In this document: one piece after another, positions 60,393 through 64,000 of the stretch
Position numbering within the stretch: position 1 is the stretch's first letter
Layout of the letters: every line of letters starts with the position of its first letter
Assembly: GCA_030704615.1 (NCBI GenBank)
Contig: CM060732.1
Span: forward strand, 82,398,001 to 82,462,000
Direction: 5' to 3'
Length of the DNA: 64,000 nt
From: Takakia lepidozioides
Lineage: Eukaryota > Plantae > Bryophyta
Notes under the pieces: model-generated
Database searches by the model: none
What the model saw: the letters and a program-made list of their open reading frames with translations, nothing else
Told to the model about the DNA's origin: nothing
Position numbers and translations under genes: made by a program

Positions 60393-62525
60393 TATGCTAT
60401 CAGAGATAAAATTACCAGTTTTCCCAATGTTCATAATTGGGTCCTAGCTGGGGATTTTAACATGGTAGATAATTGTAATGATAGGCTGCAGCACGCCTCA
60501 CATTTTTTGTCTGATGAAGAGCAAGTTGCTTGGGATATGTTATGTTTCTCAGTTGGATTGGTGGATATCCTTTCAGACTCCTCCTCTGGAATAAGATTCA
60601 CGTGGTCCAATTTGAGGAATCCTCCCGACCTTTGTATGGCTTGGCTGGACAGAATTTATTGTTCTCAGTCCCCCCTGGCCTGGTCTAAAGGTATGGCTCA
60701 GACCCCTATACTAGCGGACTTTGATCATGCCATGGTTGCTGCGGAGTTTTATCCACATGGATTGCATGCTAGAGGTCGAGGTTATTTTAAACTCAACCCA
60801 AGCATTCTGAAAAAACAAGACTGTCTGCAGAAGCTGAAAAATGAATGGATGGAAGCAGGGGCTGGGTTTCACCCCCCCTCCATTTCCTTTTTAAATAAAC
60901 TTCAGGCTACATGCAGATTGGCTCAAGACCTTTCCCGCTCTGTTGCTGCTGAAAGAACACAACATCAAGGCATTAACTAAATATCTGCTGCATTGCCAAA
61001 GAAGAATTGAAGGGGGGAATCATGGTGTAATTACAATGGAATCCTATCTTGCAGCTAAACGTAATTTGGCAGTATTGGATGTTGAAAAGGAGGAATTTCT
61101 TCGTATTAGAGCGGGAGTGAATTGGTCGTTGAAGGGGGAGAAGATGACTGGTTATTTCTTTCAGAAAGTAAAACAGCAAAGGGAAGCAACGCACTTTCAC
61201 GCGATTACAAACCCCAGCGGGGTGACCTTCTCCCAACCCAAGGAGATGGCTGCAGCAGCTGCAGACCATTTTGCCAAGCTCTTTTGTGCTTCTCAAGAGG
61301 AAGTTAATTTGCTGGAATTTCGTTATGAGGTTATCCAATACTTCCCAAGCTTTTTCTCTGTTGACGAGCAGAATGCCCTTGTTGTTCCCTTTCTTTCTGA
61401 TGAGTTGTTGAACGCTGCAGAAGCGCTGAATATGTTTAAGACTCCAGGGCTAGATGGACTGCCTGTGGAATTCTTCACTGCCTTGTGGGAGAGAGGCAGG
61501 GGAAGACTTTACGCGAATGGCCAATGATATTTTATCTAAGGGGATCATGCCTTCGCAACTGGCGCAAGGAGTCATCACCCTGGTTCATAAAAAATGTGAC
61601 CGAGAACTTCTTTCAAACTATAGATCTATCACCTTGTTGAACTCTACTTACAAAATAATTGCAAAGGCTCTTGCTCGCCGTTTGCAACCCTTGTTACAAA
61701 AGTTAATCAGACCAGAGCAGTCAGGGTTCCTGTAAAACAGAATGATCCTTGATAACATTCTTCTTATCAATGAGGCATTGCATCTGGCTCGCATTGATAA
61801 CCAGCCTATAGCTTTGTTAATGTTGGACTTCGAAAAAGCCTTTGATAACATTAATTGGGACTATCTTTTGAAAGCCCTAGAAGCTGTTGGGATCAAAGGG
61901 AACTTCCTTAAGTGGATTCAAATCCTTCTTTCTGTAGCTTCCAGTAGAGTGGTGGTCAATGGAGTGGTCTCCAAACCCTTCCCTCTATTCAAATCTGTAA
62001 GACAAGGGTGTCCGATGTCCCCCTTTCTCTTTCTTAGAGCAGCAGATGGTTTGGGTCACTTACAGGATAATAGAAAAGACTCCTTGGGTCTGGTTGTTCC
62101 TAATTCCCCGAATGACTTTTCCACTTCCATTCGCTCTTCGCTATATGCTGATGACACATCATTGTTCATTAACAACTCTTCTCTTTCCAATGTCCATGCG
62201 GCTCTCAACTCGTTGAAGGCATTCTATGCAGCCTCGGGTCTCAAAATCAATTGGAATAAATCTGTTGGTTTATTAAATCGACTGGCAGACCCATCTGTTG
62301 CAGCTCACATTGCCCCATGGGGCATTGAATTTGGTTTAAGATGGCTATTGGATGGGGAATTGCACGAGCTCTTAGGTCAGTTAGTGGGAACTGATCTCTC
62401 AGATGATACCAGGTTTGTTGCGGTCCTTACAAAACTTAAAAGGAAGCTTGCACATTGGTGTTCCTTGCATCTGTCACTCGTGGGTAGAGCTTTAATTGTT
62501 GACCAAGTGCTCTTGGCTAGTATTC
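60393..62525 (+). mobile_element. L1-clade LINE, 3' part: rest of endonuclease and RT; frameshifted and 3'-truncated
   Basis: WVLAGDFN, FTWSN, LDRIY, DHAMV, KTPGLDGLP.EF, NYRSITLLNSTYKI, LDFEKAFD, VRQGCPMSP and LYADDT. Confidence 0.92.
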
Positions 62526-62972
62526 AACACTATGGCTGAACGAGATGTGGTGTTGTGGAGTGCGATGCTTGCGGGGTATGCACAACAGGGGTGTGGGATG
62601 AAGGCTCCAACCTATGAGCAAATGATGGGGGAAGGGGTGAAGCCCGCCGACATAAGGTTTGTGTGTGTTTACAGTGTGTCTGGCAGCCCTAGAAAAGGAC
62701 AAAGAGATCCTTGGTGGCATGATCAAATCTGCAATTGTTCCAGATGTCATCCTGAACATTGCTATGGTGGCCATGTATGCCAAATATGGTAGCATTGAGG
62801 ATGCCAAGGGAGTGTTCAACACTATGGCTGAATGAGATGTGGTGTTGTAGAATGTGATGCTTGTAGGGTGTGCAGAGCAAGGGCGTTGTATAAGGCTTTG
62901 CAGACCTGAAAGCAAATGATAGGGGAAGGGGTGAAGTTCGACCACATCATGTTTGTGTGCGTTTGCAGTGCG
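62520..62972 (+). pseudogene. PLS-class PPR fragment between the truncated LINE and an LTR
   Basis: VFNTMAERDVVLWSAMLAGYAQQG and MYAKYGSIEDAKGVFNTMAE; very similar to repeats at 39.2-40.4 kb. Confidence 0.85.
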
Positions 62973-64000
62973 TGTCACGGACATAGCCCAGAGGAACTTA
63001 CCAGGAGTAAATACCAAAAGTTACCAAGTTGTCATGTTATCAAAAGTTACCATGACTTATCGTGATTTACCATGATTTATCATGATTTACCATTACTTAC
63101 CAAGTTACCGGGAGTTTACCAAATTACCAAGAGTAACTTGGGAAACTACTCAGGAAGCTTCATTTGGAATAAACTTCTCCATCAAGATACCTCTTTTGTT
63201 TAAGGAAGCTTCTCCATCAAGAAACCTTTGTTTAATCTTGGAAACTTCTCCAGCAAGAAACCTCTATAGGGGAAGCTTCTTGGGGAAGCTTCTTAGTAGC
63301 CAGTATATATAGGAGGCGAGACTCGACACTCTTCAGTCTCGCCAACACAAGTTCAAGCTACTCTTGTTCCAAGTCCAGTACTTCAGTCCAGCTTCCAGTA
63401 TCCAGTCCAGTTTCCAGCATTTCAGTATCCGAGTCGAGTTCCAGTATTTTGTACTCTTTGTCCATTGTTATAAAGATCATCTTGATTCATGTTCACCTAC
63501 CATGCATTCGGCCATGCCGACCTTGACTTCTTGTCTAGTTTTGTACCTCTAGTCTGATCACTTGTTTGTGTTCTGTCATGTTCTCGTCCAAGTTTGTTCG
63601 TTAGTTAGTTAAGATGGAAGGCACATTTGCAGAAATGGTCGCCACATTGCAGAGTCTTCAGCTCCAGATGCAAGAACTTCGTACCTCTACCACCCAATTG
63701 CAAGCTGATCAGTCTCAAGATCTTGGCAACGCTCTTCACAATTTGCAACAACAAATTTCAGAGTTAAAGGAGTCGAACAATGGATCTTCAACCATACAAG
63801 TCCCTACTGCAACAACTCCTACTGCAATGGTTCCTCTTCAACAGATTACGAGAGAACCAAAGATTAGCATGCCCGAGAAATTTAATGGGACGAGATTAAG
63901 ATTTCGCGGTTTTGTTCAACAAGTACGACTGTTCCTACGACTACATCCACAACGCTATCCCGATGAAGGTATTCAGGTGGGATTCGTGGGCACCCTTCTG
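62973..64000 (+). mobile_element. Another Tcn1-like copy: 5' LTR (62973-63589) and gag start (ATG 63614), running off the window
   Basis: LTR nearly identical to A/D. MEGTFAEMV...EPKISMPEKF...GFVGTLL is open to the window edge. Confidence 0.92.

Overview
Eukaryotic, TE-rich window from a land plant, most likely a non-seed plant (inferred from a Tcn1-like chromovirus, a Penelope-like RT fragment and long PLS-class PPR arrays). Two host genes look intact: a 13-exon HAD-family 5'-nucleotidase (NT5DC type, 23091-29278, +) and a group-B fasciclin-like arabinogalactan protein (about 43691-45028, +). A PLS/E/DYW PPR gene is pseudogenised and split by an inversion, with two further PPR fragments elsewhere. 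The rest is mostly nested mobile DNA. It includes a spliced transposase-like gene at the left edge carrying the Transib/RAG1 H-x4-H...IG-x4-E-x2-E signature and facing a convergent unknown gene. There is a family of DNA elements built from dozens of GCGACCGCC/GGCGGTCGC hairpins, one with an 8-bp TSD and one around a decayed DDE-tail/SWIM/Ulp1 gene. Also present are CCGTA-ended MITEs, a tRNA-Met-primed chromoviral Ty3/gypsy, and an L1-like LINE interrupted by a rearranged Tcn1-like Ty3/gypsy block that appears to be self-priming. All family calls come from motif recognition by eye; no database searches were run.
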